A DNA stretch of 64,000 bases from contig CAWHAA010000002.1 of NCBI GenBank assembly GCA_963827275.1, positions 64,001-128,000 of the forward strand, given 5' to 3'. The DNA is from an uncultured Spirochaetota bacterium (GTDB lineage Bacteria; Spirochaetota; UBA4802; UBA5550). The notes under the pieces are model-generated. The model saw only the letters and a list, made by a program, of their open reading frames with translations. It ran no database searches and had not been told where the DNA came from. The position numbers were made by a program, and so were the translations under genes. Shown here piece after piece: positions 21,153 to 30,957 of the stretch; positions within the stretch are counted from its first letter, which is position 1, and the number at the start of each line of letters is the position of its first letter.

Positions 21153-23054
21153 ATGAAAAAAACAATAATTTTTATTCAACTCCCATTAATTAATCATTCT
21201 TATGATTATGTTCAGGGAAATATTGAATATGCTCCGGCCGCTATGGCGGGGTACATACACACCACTATATCACATGAGTATGCCATGTATGTCCTGCCGT
21301 CGGTCCTGGCCCAATTCGGATCGGATTCGGTAATAATAAAATATATAACGGCCATTAAGCCGGACATCGTCGCCTTCACCTCTTATTTATGGAATATTGA
21401 GCGCAATATGCGCATTGCGCAATCGGTCAAGAGCGGCGATGATCATATCCAGGTGCTCTTTGGGGGGCCTGAAATAAATGGAGGATCGGTCGCGTTTTTC
21501 GAGAAGAGGGAATATATTGATTATTTCGTGATCGGGGAGGGAGAATGGTTTTTCGATCGCTTTATTCGAGGAGATGATCTCGGCGCCTTCGAGAGGAGCT
21601 TCAACGGCAATCGCGTTATCATACAGCCTGAGGATGAGTTGGTTCCGTCGCATCGTATTTTTGAGCCCTTTACCGGCAGACGGCTCACCCCGATGCTCGA
21701 CGGGTCCATGTTTTTTGAGCTCACCAGGGGATGCCCCTACCGGTGCGCGTATTGCCAGTATTCCAAAAATTACTTCAGGGTCCGGGAACTGCCGTTTGAT
21801 GCGCTGGTCCGCGCGCTCACGGTCGACGCTGCCACGCTCAACCTGAAGGAGCTGTATATCCTGTCGCCGACGCTGAACACGACAGGTGATTTTGAAAAAA
21901 AACTCGAGCGCCTGGCAGGCCTGAAACACGGGATACGGCTCCATTCCGAAATGCGGGCCGACGGCATTGACGACAGGATATCGCGCATGCTCTATAACGC
22001 CGGGTTCCGGAGCATGGAGGTGGGCCTCCAGACATTGAACCTGAACGCATTGCGCGGGTCAGGGAGACTGAGCGATCCTGAAAAGGAGTTACGGGGCATG
22101 CAGTGTCTGCTCGGGGCCGGTATAGATCTGAAGATAGGACTGATTCCCGGACTTCCGGGTGATGACAGGACGTCCTTCACCAGCATGGTCGATATCCTGA
22201 TCAGCAGGGGGTTGAGGGAGAATATAGAATTGTATCCCCTGATGATGCTCCCGGGGACGGCGATACGCGACAGGGCAGACAGGGAGAAGATAAATTATTC
22301 AAGGAAACCGCCCTACTATTACCATGATGGGTGGGGGATGTCATTCGATGACATACGGTCCATTACCGGGTACGTGGAGGATGCCACCGGCATGTCGCAT
22401 GTTGTCAGGAAAATTCCTGATTTCAATTGCCATGCTGAGGGATTGTACTGCAGGGGGGTGTGGTTTAGCGGTGCTGATGAAGCGAACTGGGAGATCAGCA
22501 CATATCTCGGGCATATCGAGACCAGTGTGTTCAGTTTTTATATTACCGGTGCCGGGGCGCGTACAATCGCAAGGGGCCTCCCCCGGTTGCTGCATGGCAT
22601 GCCGGATTCCGTGCTCTTCAATATCATTTTCTATACGAATGAGCTTCAGGATGAGCGGGCGCTCCTTCCCGTCATGACAGACGGAGAGGGGGACACCCTG
22701 TACCGGAGGATCCATATCTTTCATGAGTGGAAGGATGGGTGCCCGGTACGGTATTACCAGGTATTTGACCGCTACCGGAGCTATGAAAAGGCAAAAGATT
22801 CATACGCCCTCATCACGCCGATATTCCATGTCCGCGCTGGCAATTGCGCAGACCTGTCATTAATCAATGACTATGAAGAGTATGTATTGATCGGGAAAGG
22901 GTCTTTTAACGCGGTAAAGAGGGAGCTTAAAAAATTCGCCGACTCTGCGCACACGGTCGCGTTCGAGGACGAATCGGAGCAGGAGCTGTTTTATACCATG
23001 ACCGGCTATGACTATATACGGCTGCCCTTCCGGTTCAGAGTAGAATCGCGATAG
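21153..23054 (+). CDS. Cobalamin-binding radical SAM protein
   Basis: B12-binding-type PDIVAFTSYLWN, GGPE, GEGE; CxxxCxxC motif RGCPYRCAYC; EVGLQT, GLPGD. Confidence 0.85.
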   Translation: MKKTIIFIQLPLINHSYDYVQGNIEYAPAAMAGYIHTTISHEYAMYVLPSVLAQFGSDSVIIKYITAIKPDIVAFTSYLWNIERNMRIAQSVKSGDDHIQVLFGGPEINGGSVAFFEKREYIDYFVIGEGEWFFDRFIRGDDLGAFERSFNGNRVIIQPEDELVPSHRIFEPFTGRRLTPMLDGSMFFELTRGCPYRCAYCQYSKNYFRVRELPFDALVRALTVDAATLNLKELYILSPTLNTTGDFEKKLERLAGLKHGIRLHSEMRADGIDDRISRMLYNAGFRSMEVGLQTLNLNALRGSGRLSDPEKELRGMQCLLGAGIDLKIGLIPGLPGDDRTSFTSMVDILISRGLRENIELYPLMMLPGTAIRDRADREKINYSRKPPYYYHDGWGMSFDDIRSITGYVEDATGMSHVVRKIPDFNCHAEGLYCRGVWFSGADEANWEISTYLGHIETSVFSFYITGAGARTIARGLPRLLHGMPDSVLFNIIFYTNELQDERALLPVMTDGEGDTLYRRIHIFHEWKDGCPVRYYQVFDRYRSYEKAKDSYALITPIFHVRAGNCADLSLINDYEEYVLIGKGSFNAVKRELKKFADSAHTVAFEDESEQELFYTMTGYDYIRLPFRFRVESR

Positions 23055-23874
23055 AATCATTGAGCTCCTTAAGCGCGGCAACCGCCGCTTCCGCGTAATG
23101 GAGCTGCTTGTTTTTCTTGTACGCGTAGTTGATCCCGCTGGAAGAGTTGATGCGGTGGATCCTGATGTCCCCGTACTCCCTGAGGATATGCATCACCTCT
23201 TCAAGGCTGCCGCCCTGTGCGCCGATCCCGGGGATCAGGAGAGGGACCTCCTTCCCCGAACGGGCATATACGAGCAGTATCTGCGAGAGCTGGTCAGGGT
23301 AGGTGGCGCCCACTACCGAGCCGACCCCCGGCTGGTGCCACTCGGTGATTTTTTTCGCAACGTGCAGATAGAGCGGCTCGGTACCGACCAGCAGGTCCTG
23401 GATGTCCCTGGAGCTTTTGTTGGAGGTCTTCGTCAGGATATAGTACCCCTTTTCCGGATACAATTCAGTAAACGGCCTGATGGAGTCCAGCCCCATGTAG
23501 GGCGCAAGCGTGACCGCGTCAGCCTGGAAAAAATCGAACGCTTCGCGCGCGTACGCGGCCGCTGTTTTATCTATGTCCCCCCGTTTGACGTCAAGGATGA
23601 CGGGGAACCCTTCCTTTTTGCACAGGGAGATAATCCGTATTAGCGCCTCGATACCGGGTATGCCGTACTGGGCATAAAACGCATAGTTCGGCTTCACCGC
23701 TGCCGGATATATTTTTTTCTGAACGATCTTATTCAGGATCTCCTCGTAGAAGGCGATAATGATCGTTTTCGGATCGCCGGTAAGGGGGATATCCTCAACA
23801 ACGGGGTCCATGCCGAGGCAGACGATGGATTTGAATTTGTCGCTGGATAGTTTTAATAAATCGAGATAGTCCAC
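23035..23874 (-). CDS. pyrF: Orotidine-5'-phosphate decarboxylase (type 2)
   Basis: CLGMDP, KPNYAFY, ILDVKRGDI, VVGATYP, LIPGIGAQGG. Confidence 0.93.
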   Translation of the reverse strand: MDYLDLLKLSSDKFKSIVCLGMDPVVEDIPLTGDPKTIIIAFYEEILNKIVQKKIYPAAVKPNYAFYAQYGIPGIEALIRIISLCKKEGFPVILDVKRGDIDKTAAAYAREAFDFFQADAVTLAPYMGLDSIRPFTELYPEKGYYILTKTSNKSSRDIQDLLVGTEPLYLHVAKKITEWHQPGVGSVVGATYPDQLSQILLVYARSGKEVPLLIPGIGAQGGSLEEVMHILREYGDIRIHRINSSSGINYAYKKNKQLHYAEAAVAALKELNDSIAILL

Positions 23875-23877
23875 AGG

Positions 23878-24414
23878 CTAGGTCTCCAAACTTTTGAGGT
23901 AATCAGCATAGAGCGTGACATTCTCCCTGTCAAAAAGGACGAAGTAGGTGTCGATACGATAATCATTATTTTGCATGAATTCGATTGCCGAATCGATCGC
24001 GATTCTACAGGCCCGGTCTTTCGGGTAGCCGTATACGCCGGTAGATATGGCCGGGAAGGAGATGGAGGTAAGCCGGTGCTCCTTCGCCAGCTTGAAGGAA
24101 TTCATGTAAGAATTTTTAAGCGTTACAGGTTCGCCGCTCTTCCCATCCCTGTAGACCGGGCCGGGAGTGTGGATGACATGGCGGGCCTTCAGGTTATGTC
24201 CCCCGGTAATCCTTGCCTCACCATGGCCGCATCCCCCGAGTTTCCTGCACTCTTCAAGGAGGCCGGGACCGGCTGCGCGGTGGATCGCGCCGTCCACGCC
24301 GCCGCCGCCAAGCAGGCTCGGGTTTGCGGCATTGACGATAGCGTCGGTTGACTCTTTCGTTATGTCTCCCTGCTTGACGTGGATATGGTCGAGTATTGAT
24401 CTCATTGAGGTCAT
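23878..24414 (-). CDS. Macro domain O-acetyl-ADP-ribose deacetylase (YmdB-like)
   Basis: GDITK, AIVNAAN, GGGGVDGAIHRAAG, FPAISTGVYGYP. Confidence 0.92.
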   Translation of the reverse strand: MTSMRSILDHIHVKQGDITKESTDAIVNAANPSLLGGGGVDGAIHRAAGPGLLEECRKLGGCGHGEARITGGHNLKARHVIHTPGPVYRDGKSGEPVTLKNSYMNSFKLAKEHRLTSISFPAISTGVYGYPKDRACRIAIDSAIEFMQNNDYRIDTYFVLFDRENVTLYADYLKSLET

Positions 24415-24552
24415 GTATCCGTGCTCGCTTCAGGCGGTAATAGCGGATAATATATTCTGACTGTGATATGCGGAATCGAAAATAAAAATGTCAATTATTA
24501 AATAATGACGGTTCGATTTAGCGACGTGTCAGTAAATTAATATATTGACTCA

Positions 24553-24568
24553 GTAGCGGTACCGCTAC
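24553..24568. promoter_or_regulatory. Perfect 16-bp palindrome (candidate operator) in the mnmG promoter
   Basis: GTAGCGGTACCGCTAC, just after TTGACT (24545-24550) and overlapping TACAAT (24566-24571). Confidence 0.45.
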
Positions 24569-24613
24569 AATTAATACCTATACACCTATATATGCAAATT
24601 TGAATAATGGACT

Positions 24614-26497
24614 ATGATACGAAACCATGACATTATCGTAGTGGGCGCGGGACATGCCGGAATTGAGGCAGCGCTCGCGTCAGCCCGGCGGGGACTTGCC
24701 ACCCTGATGCTGACCGGGAACCTTGACACGATCGCGCAGATGAGCTGCAATCCCGCCATAGGCGGGCTTGCGAAGAGCCACCTGGTCAAGGAAGTGGACG
24801 CGCTCGGCGGAGAGATGGCCCGCGCCATCGACGCGACCGGGATCCATTTCAAGATGCTGAACAAGAGCAAAGGGCCCGCGGTATGGGCGCTTCGCGCCCA
24901 GGCGGATAAAAAGCTCTACCAGATGAAGATGAAGAGCGTGCTGGAATCGGAAACGCACCTTACCATCATCCAGGATATCGTGGAAGAGATCATCGTAGAG
25001 AATGGCATAGTGAAAGGGGTCAGGACTAAGCGGGGACAGGAGCATTGTGCGACCGCTGTTGTCCTCTGCACCGGGACCTTCCTCAAGGGACTCATACATA
25101 TCGGCGAGTACCAGGAGCACTGCGGACGGCTCGGCGATTTTTCCTCCGAAGGCCTGTCAGAATCGCTGCGCGCTATCGGCTTCCCGGTCTTCAGGTTGAA
25201 AACCGGCACACCGCCGCGCGTCAATGCGGAATCGATCGATTTCTCGCGCTGCGAGATACAGCACCCGGATGAAACGCCGGAGCCCTTTTCGTTTTCGACA
25301 GAGAAGATCGACCAGGAGCAGGTCCCCTGCTGGATCACCTATACCACGCCGGAGACGCACGCCATCATCCGCGAAAACCTCCACCGCTCGCCCCTGTACC
25401 GCGGCGTCATTAAAGGGGTGGGGGCCAGGTACTGTCCCTCTATCGAAGATAAAGTCGTGAGGTTTGCGGACAAACTACGGCACCAGCTCTTCCTCGAGCC
25501 GGAAGGGTATAATACAAAGGAAGTGTATATCAACGGCTTCTCAAGCTCACTCCCGGAAGACGTGCAGCTCGCGATGATCACAACGATCCCCGGCCTCGAG
25601 GAGGTGCGGGTGATGCGGCCGGCGTACGCGGTGGAGTACGATTTTGTTCCGCCCACGGAGCTGTATCCGACGCTGGAGACCAAGAGGGTGGCGGGGCTCT
25701 ATCATGCGGGGCAGATCAACGGGACGTCCGGCTACGAGGAGGCGGCAGCGCAGGGGATGATAGCGGGAATGAACGCGGGAAACAGGGTCCTCGGAAAGGA
25801 GCAGATCATAATCAAGCGCTACGAGGCGTATATAGGCGTATTGATCGATGACCTCGTCACCAAGGGGACGAACGAGCCGTACCGGATGTTTACTTCGCGC
25901 GCGGAGCACCGGCTCATCCTTCGGCAGGACAATGCCGACCGCCGGTTGATGCACTACGGACATGATGCCGGACTTGTCAGCGGGCAGGTGCATGAGGCGA
26001 TGAGGAAGAAATATCATTCAATCGATGCCTTCATCCTGGATTTCAGGAATCGGAGCATAGAGATCGATGATGCCGTGGCGGGGAGGCTCGGGACACCGGT
26101 GCCGATAACAGCGAGGGGGAAGGTCAAGATAGACAAGCTCCTGAAGCGTCCCGAGTGCAGAATAGGCGGCCTGCTGGAACTCCTTGGCGAGCATATTGAT
26201 CCGGCCCTGGCCGCGATCGTCGAGATGGAGATCAAATATGAAGGGTATATCGCGCGGGACCGTGAGCGTATTAGCAAGATACAGAAGATGGAGATGAGAA
26301 CAATACCCGCCGACCTGGATTACGGGAACATCGCGGGGATCAAGACAGAGGCGCGGGAAAAACTGAAGAAGGTGCGGCCTGCTACCGTGGGACAGGCAAA
26401 ACGGATCTCGGGGGTTGACCCGACCGACATATCGATATTGATGGTGTACCTGGAATCCATGGAGCGGCGCCGCAGTGAGGTTCCACGTGGAACATGA
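24614..26497 (+). CDS. mnmG: tRNA U34 carboxymethylaminomethyl modification enzyme MnmG (GidA)
   Basis: [53 protein letters not shown]. Confidence 0.98.
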   Translation: MIRNHDIIVVGAGHAGIEAALASARRGLATLMLTGNLDTIAQMSCNPAIGGLAKSHLVKEVDALGGEMARAIDATGIHFKMLNKSKGPAVWALRAQADKKLYQMKMKSVLESETHLTIIQDIVEEIIVENGIVKGVRTKRGQEHCATAVVLCTGTFLKGLIHIGEYQEHCGRLGDFSSEGLSESLRAIGFPVFRLKTGTPPRVNAESIDFSRCEIQHPDETPEPFSFSTEKIDQEQVPCWITYTTPETHAIIRENLHRSPLYRGVIKGVGARYCPSIEDKVVRFADKLRHQLFLEPEGYNTKEVYINGFSSSLPEDVQLAMITTIPGLEEVRVMRPAYAVEYDFVPPTELYPTLETKRVAGLYHAGQINGTSGYEEAAAQGMIAGMNAGNRVLGKEQIIIKRYEAYIGVLIDDLVTKGTNEPYRMFTSRAEHRLILRQDNADRRLMHYGHDAGLVSGQVHEAMRKKYHSIDAFILDFRNRSIEIDDAVAGRLGTPVPITARGKVKIDKLLKRPECRIGGLLELLGEHIDPALAAIVEMEIKYEGYIARDRERISKIQKMEMRTIPADLDYGNIAGIKTEAREKLKKVRPATVGQAKRISGVDPTDISILMVYLESMERRRSEVPRGT

Positions 26498-27218
26498 TCT
26501 TCTCGCGACATGGCTGGAGAGCAGGAACGCGCAGATGGATACTGGATCGGTGCGCACCCTTAACGAATTCGCACGCATGATATTCGATACAAACCAGCAG
26601 TACAACCTGACCGGCCTGAAAACAGTAGCGGACATCATTACCACGCTGATCATCGGGAGCCTCGAGCCGTTTATCTCGTTTAAGGTTCCACGTGGAACAA
26701 TCTTTGCCGATATCGGGACCGGTGCGGGCGTCCCGGGCATCCCCCTCGCCGTGTACTCGGGCGCCTGGAAGGGGATCTTGATTGATTCCAGTAACAAGAA
26801 GATATCATTCGTGCGTTCTGTCATTGAGGAATGCGGTCTTGCTAATTGTGAGGCCGTGTCTGGTCGTATTGAGGAGCTTGCCCGCGGCTCGATGCGCGCC
26901 GCCTGCGATTTTGTCTTTTCGCGCGCCCTGGGGGAGATGTACTACGCGGTGGAGCTTGCCGCACCGCTCCTGAAAAAGGGGGGCCTTCTCTATGTGTACT
27001 CCAATGTAGCCCCCGGTGAGGTGCCGGCGCCGGTCGTGCGGCATGCCGGCGATGTGGGGCTCTCCCTGGTTGACCGGGAGAGGTTCGGGGACTTCGGCAT
27101 CGGGGCAACCGGTGTGGCGTTCGAGAAGACCGGCGGTACCGACCGGAGATATCCCCGGAATATGTCACAACTGAAGCGGGAGATGAAACAATGCGCACGC
27201 AACAACGAACCCGCATGA
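26475..27218 (+). CDS. rsmG: 16S rRNA m7G527 methyltransferase RsmG (GidB)
   Basis: [40 protein letters not shown] start with GGAG at 26461; follows mnmG. Confidence 0.9.
   Translation: MRFHVEHDLLATWLESRNAQMDTGSVRTLNEFARMIFDTNQQYNLTGLKTVADIITTLIIGSLEPFISFKVPRGTIFADIGTGAGVPGIPLAVYSGAWKGILIDSSNKKISFVRSVIEECGLANCEAVSGRIEELARGSMRAACDFVFSRALGEMYYAVELAAPLLKKGGLLYVYSNVAPGEVPAPVVRHAGDVGLSLVDRERFGDFGIGATGVAFEKTGGTDRRYPRNMSQLKREMKQCARNNEPA
26479..26494. promoter_or_regulatory. parS: parS centromere site 1
   Basis: GGTTCCACGTGGAACA, 15/16 match to TGTTCCACGTGGAACA. Confidence 0.85.
26684..26699. promoter_or_regulatory. parS: parS centromere site 2
   Basis: Identical GGTTCCACGTGGAACA inside rsmG, 205 bp from site 1. 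Confidence 0.85.
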
Positions 27219-27850
27219 CGATATTCAGCGCGGTCGCTGCTCTCATCCTTTTTGGGGGGGTGATGCTGCTTGCGTTGTCCGTTCCTCCGGCTCTGGGCAG
27301 GCCTGTGGCCGGGGGAAAAATAATAAGCGACCGCACGATCATCGCTCCCGGATCAGGTGCTGAAGGGATCATGCTCGGCGAGAATATCAGCGAGGTGACC
27401 AGGCGTTTTGGGAAAAGCAGGTTCAGGATTTCACGGCCGGCCCGGCCCGCTGAATTATTCACCCATGTCTTCAAGGTGGCGGGACCGGCGAAGATATTTT
27501 TTGATGTCATCTATCACAATGACGGGCGGAAATGCGCGGTATGCGTATCGAAGGGATCCGTTGTAGCAGTCATCGGCCTTGACAGCGGCAGGACGACAAC
27601 GGATGACGTCAGCTTGCAGAGCGGCGCGGAAAATTTCATATTCAATTACGGGAACCGGGGCCTCAGGGTCCTGACCAGCGGAAACAGTACGGTATACCTG
27701 TATCAGCAGAACGGGATCGCTGTTGTCGATGACGACACCGACGATACGATCGATCTTTATCTTGTCTTCACCCCCTCGGGAGGCGCGCCGGACAGCCGCA
27801 ATGCCACTACTCCGCAGCCGGGGGTGGTGAGGGGACCCAATATAAAATAA
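27215..27850 (+). CDS. Hypothetical exported or membrane-anchored protein
   Basis: ATG overlaps the rsmG TGA (ATGA); hydrophobic N-terminus; no recognised motif. Confidence 0.65.
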   Translation: MTIFSAVAALILFGGVMLLALSVPPALGRPVAGGKIISDRTIIAPGSGAEGIMLGENISEVTRRFGKSRFRISRPARPAELFTHVFKVAGPAKIFFDVIYHNDGRKCAVCVSKGSVVAVIGLDSGRTTTDDVSLQSGAENFIFNYGNRGLRVLTSGNSTVYLYQQNGIAVVDDDTDDTIDLYLVFTPSGGAPDSRNATTPQPGVVRGPNIK

Positions 27851-28055
27851 CACCTGTTATGCTATTTATGGTGCCGCCCGCGCTCCCGGAACCCGGCACT
27901 GCGGTAAGCCGCTATGGCGGGCGTCGGCGGCGGAACCGGGTGCTGTACGCGCCCCGGGGGTGGAATTTGTATTGATTTCCTGCAGAAACGGGTACAGGGT
28001 GACGGCGGGCGGTTGGCAACCGGTGCTATGATTTTATGTTTTACGGAGTGTTTAT

Positions 28056-28547
28056 ATGGTTACGGTAGGCATCATAACTGTGAGCGACAGGTCGTCAAGG
28101 GGCCAGCGCGATGACCTGTCCGGGCCGGCCATCAGGCAGTGGGCGGAAGGGAAAGGCTATGAGGTGCGGAGCGAGGTCATCGTGCCGGATGAGACCGGCG
28201 ATATCACGCGGGCCCTCGTGAAACTGTCAGATGACGGGCTGGACCTGATCCTCACGACCGGGGGGACCGGTTTTGCCCCGCGGGACGTCACGCCCGAGGC
28301 CACGCTTTCGGTCGTGGAGAAACAGGCCCCGGGATTTGCTGAAGTCATGCGCATGAGGTCGTTCCAGATAACGCCTCACGCGATGCTCTCGCGTGCGGCA
28401 GCGGGGATCAGGAAAAAGAGCCTGATCATCAACCTGCCGGGAAGTCCCAAGGCGGTGCGGGAAAACCTGGGGTTTATCGAGGCGGCCATCCCCCATGCCG
28501 TGGAGCTGCTGCAGTCCCGGGTGACCGATTGCGGCAGCATCTCCTGA
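28056..28547 (+). CDS. mog: Molybdopterin adenylyltransferase Mog/MoaB family
   Basis: ITVSDR, DLSGP, TTGGTGFAPRDVTPEAT, NLPGSPKAV. Confidence 0.92.
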   Translation: MVTVGIITVSDRSSRGQRDDLSGPAIRQWAEGKGYEVRSEVIVPDETGDITRALVKLSDDGLDLILTTGGTGFAPRDVTPEATLSVVEKQAPGFAEVMRMRSFQITPHAMLSRAAAGIRKKSLIINLPGSPKAVRENLGFIEAAIPHAVELLQSRVTDCGSIS

Positions 28548-28553
28548 TCTTCC

Positions 28554-29213
28554 TTATCCTCTTGCATCCGGCATCGCAATGGTCGTTTCACGATCGTGAT
28601 AACGGAGATGCAGCCGTCCCTTTTCAATGAAGGCAAGCAGACCGTCAAGGAAACCCGGATCGCCGATCTCTTCATGGCGAAGATGAAAGTAGTATTCACG
28701 CAGGATCATGATATTCCAGTCATGGGTGATGTTGATGGAGGAGGTGACCGCGTCGCGCAGTTGTCCCGCCAGTATGCCTGCTTGAACGCGGGCCGCTTGA
28801 GGAAGCGGCATGATCAGGCCGGTGGGCAGTTCGTTGTCGAACCATCTCCGGATGAAGAGCGAGTGCCCGAGCTGCTCTATGGCCGCAACAATCCCGTCCC
28901 AGTTCCCGGTGATATACGGACCGCCCAGGTCGAGCAACGGTCCGGCAAGCGTCGCTGCTGTGCCGCCGCCTGCCATCCCTTCGGAAATGCATTCAGCAGT
29001 TTCCCTGCAGCGAGGCACCGGGCTGTGGAAGATGGCATAGGGCCCATGGGGCGCGAGCGACCGCCCCAGGGTAACCGAATCTGACCTGCCCTTTGACGTC
29101 AGCGTCGGCACCAGCGCGTCTGCCATTTTTTCGATCGGGTGCCGCTCTGCGTGCCTGATTATGATGGCAACCGGTGATCCGCGTTCCGGGATCAGGATCC
29201 TGCTCTGTTCCAT
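28554..29213 (-). CDS. Histidine phosphatase superfamily protein
   Basis: IIRHAER, SPVPRCRETA, ITHD. Confidence 0.8.
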   Translation of the reverse strand: MEQSRILIPERGSPVAIIIRHAERHPIEKMADALVPTLTSKGRSDSVTLGRSLAPHGPYAIFHSPVPRCRETAECISEGMAGGGTAATLAGPLLDLGGPYITGNWDGIVAAIEQLGHSLFIRRWFDNELPTGLIMPLPQAARVQAGILAGQLRDAVTSSINITHDWNIMILREYYFHLRHEEIGDPGFLDGLLAFIEKGRLHLRYHDRETTIAMPDARG

Positions 29214-29417
29214 GTGATCAGTCTGATAAACGCCCCCTTGCCAGTCAAGTTGTTATCGGCCGGAGGGCCTGGCGAGGGGCCGTCTTATTTTTGTTGACTT
29301 TTTTTTTGATGTTAATTCTGGTGGGTCTGGTTCATTTCGCGAACCAGTGTATCTGGTGCGGCGGGGCGACATCAGCCGAAGGGTGAAGTTACGGGGGACA
29401 TTGATAAGGAGTTTTTA

Positions 29418-29678
29418 ATGAAGAGAGAAGAGTTAGTCGGGAAAATAGTCAAGATACTGAATGATGAATTTGAAATCGACAATCCCGGCCTGGATGATAA
29501 TCTGACTGAAAAATACGAATTTGACAGCATTGACGCGATAGCGTTGCTGGAGCATGTTGAGGATATGATCGGATCACCGCTGACACAGGAAGAGAAGAAG
29601 AAGGCGATGGATATCCGTACCATCAACCAGATCTGTGATTTCATCATGGACGTCGTGAAAAAGGGGACACGGCCGTAG
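29418..29678 (+). CDS. Acyl carrier protein (ApeF-like)
   Basis: Acidic, 86 aa, FDSIDAI phosphopantetheine motif, AAGGAG RBS. Confidence 0.88.
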   Translation: MKREELVGKIVKILNDEFEIDNPGLDDNLTEKYEFDSIDAIALLEHVEDMIGSPLTQEEKKKAMDIRTINQICDFIMDVVKKGTRP

Positions 29679-29709
29679 CGTCCCGGGCTGCAGCGGCCTT
29701 AACAAAATA

Positions 29710-30954
29710 ATGGAAAGAAGAGTCGTCATCACCGCAGAATCAGCACTCACCCCGATAGGACACGGAAAAAAGGATATCGTCGCGAACCTGGTCAAGGGAG
29801 TATCGGGCGTAAAGAAGATTAAAAAGGAAGATGACCTCCTCGCAAAATATCTCCACTCGAAGGTGTTCGGCCTCATCGATTATGATATCTCCTATGACTT
29901 TTCACGGAAATACACAAAGACCCTCGGGCCGGTCTCTTACTATGCCTGCCAGGTCGCGAAAGAGGTTATAGACCAGTCGGGGCTTGACCAGGGGATTCTT
30001 GCTTCCGGCAGGGTCGGCGTGGCATTCGGCTCAACGCACGGGAGCCCCTCTGTCCAGCGCCATATCTATGAGGCGTTTTTTGACCCAGAGAGAAAGGGCT
30101 ATGCGAAAATCAATGCGACGGACTACCTCAAGTCCATGGCGCATACCACAGCGGTCAACATCACCAGGATGTTCGGCATTACCGGCAGGGTTATAGCCTC
30201 CTGCACCGCGTGCACCACCGGCAGCCAGTCGATCGGCTACGGATATGAAGCGATCAAGTACGGCCTTCAGGACGCCATGCTCTGCGGTGCGGCCGATGAG
30301 TATGATACTACCACCATCGCGGTCTTTGACAATCTCCTTGCCTGTTCCACCGCGTACAACGACACGCCGCACTGTACGCCGCGCCCGTTCGACGTCAAGC
30401 GGGACGGCCTGGTCGTCGGCGAGGGTGCGGGCGCGGTCATGCTCGAGGAATACGAACATGCCAGGAAGCGCGGGGCCGAGATCCTCGCCGAGGTCATCGG
30501 GTTTTCCTGCAGCAACAACGGCGGCGACCTGATCCTGCCGAACGCGGACGGCGTGAAGCGGACCATCCGCATGGGGCTTGAGAATGCAGGGCTCAATCCC
30601 GGGGACGTCGGCTTCATCAGCGCCCATGCAACCTCGACCAAGATGGGCGATATCATTGAGGCCCAGGCAATACATGCGGAATACGGCGATCTGCCGTATG
30701 TAACAGGGTTGAAAAGCTACATGGGGCACACCATGAGTTCCTGCGGGGTCATAGAAACGATCTTTACCGTATATATGCTCCAGAAAGGCATTATTTTTCC
30801 CACGCTGAATCTTGATGAGATCGACCAGCGGTGCGGCATGATTCGGCATGTCACCGCCCTGCGGGAAGATCCCGGTCTCAGGATCGCGTCGATACAGAAT
30901 TTTGCTTTCGGCGGGGTCAATACCAGCCTCTTTATAAAGAAGTGGAATGAATAG
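29710..30954 (+). CDS. Beta-ketoacyl-ACP synthase (KAS II family, ApeR-like)
   Basis: HTTAVN, TACTTGSQSIG (catalytic Cys), PRPFD, GEGAG, SAHATST, KSYMGH, NFAFGG. Confidence 0.92.
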   Translation: MERRVVITAESALTPIGHGKKDIVANLVKGVSGVKKIKKEDDLLAKYLHSKVFGLIDYDISYDFSRKYTKTLGPVSYYACQVAKEVIDQSGLDQGILASGRVGVAFGSTHGSPSVQRHIYEAFFDPERKGYAKINATDYLKSMAHTTAVNITRMFGITGRVIASCTACTTGSQSIGYGYEAIKYGLQDAMLCGAADEYDTTTIAVFDNLLACSTAYNDTPHCTPRPFDVKRDGLVVGEGAGAVMLEEYEHARKRGAEILAEVIGFSCSNNGGDLILPNADGVKRTIRMGLENAGLNPGDVGFISAHATSTKMGDIIEAQAIHAEYGDLPYVTGLKSYMGHTMSSCGVIETIFTVYMLQKGIIFPTLNLDEIDQRCGMIRHVTALREDPGLRIASIQNFAFGGVNTSLFIKKWNE

Positions 30955-30957
30955 CAC

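Noticed and set aside
27851..28055. GC-rich leader upstream of mog as a possible Moco/Tuco riboswitch
   Set aside because: Short stems are present, but I could not match the conserved Moco RNA elements; an Infernal search would be needed.
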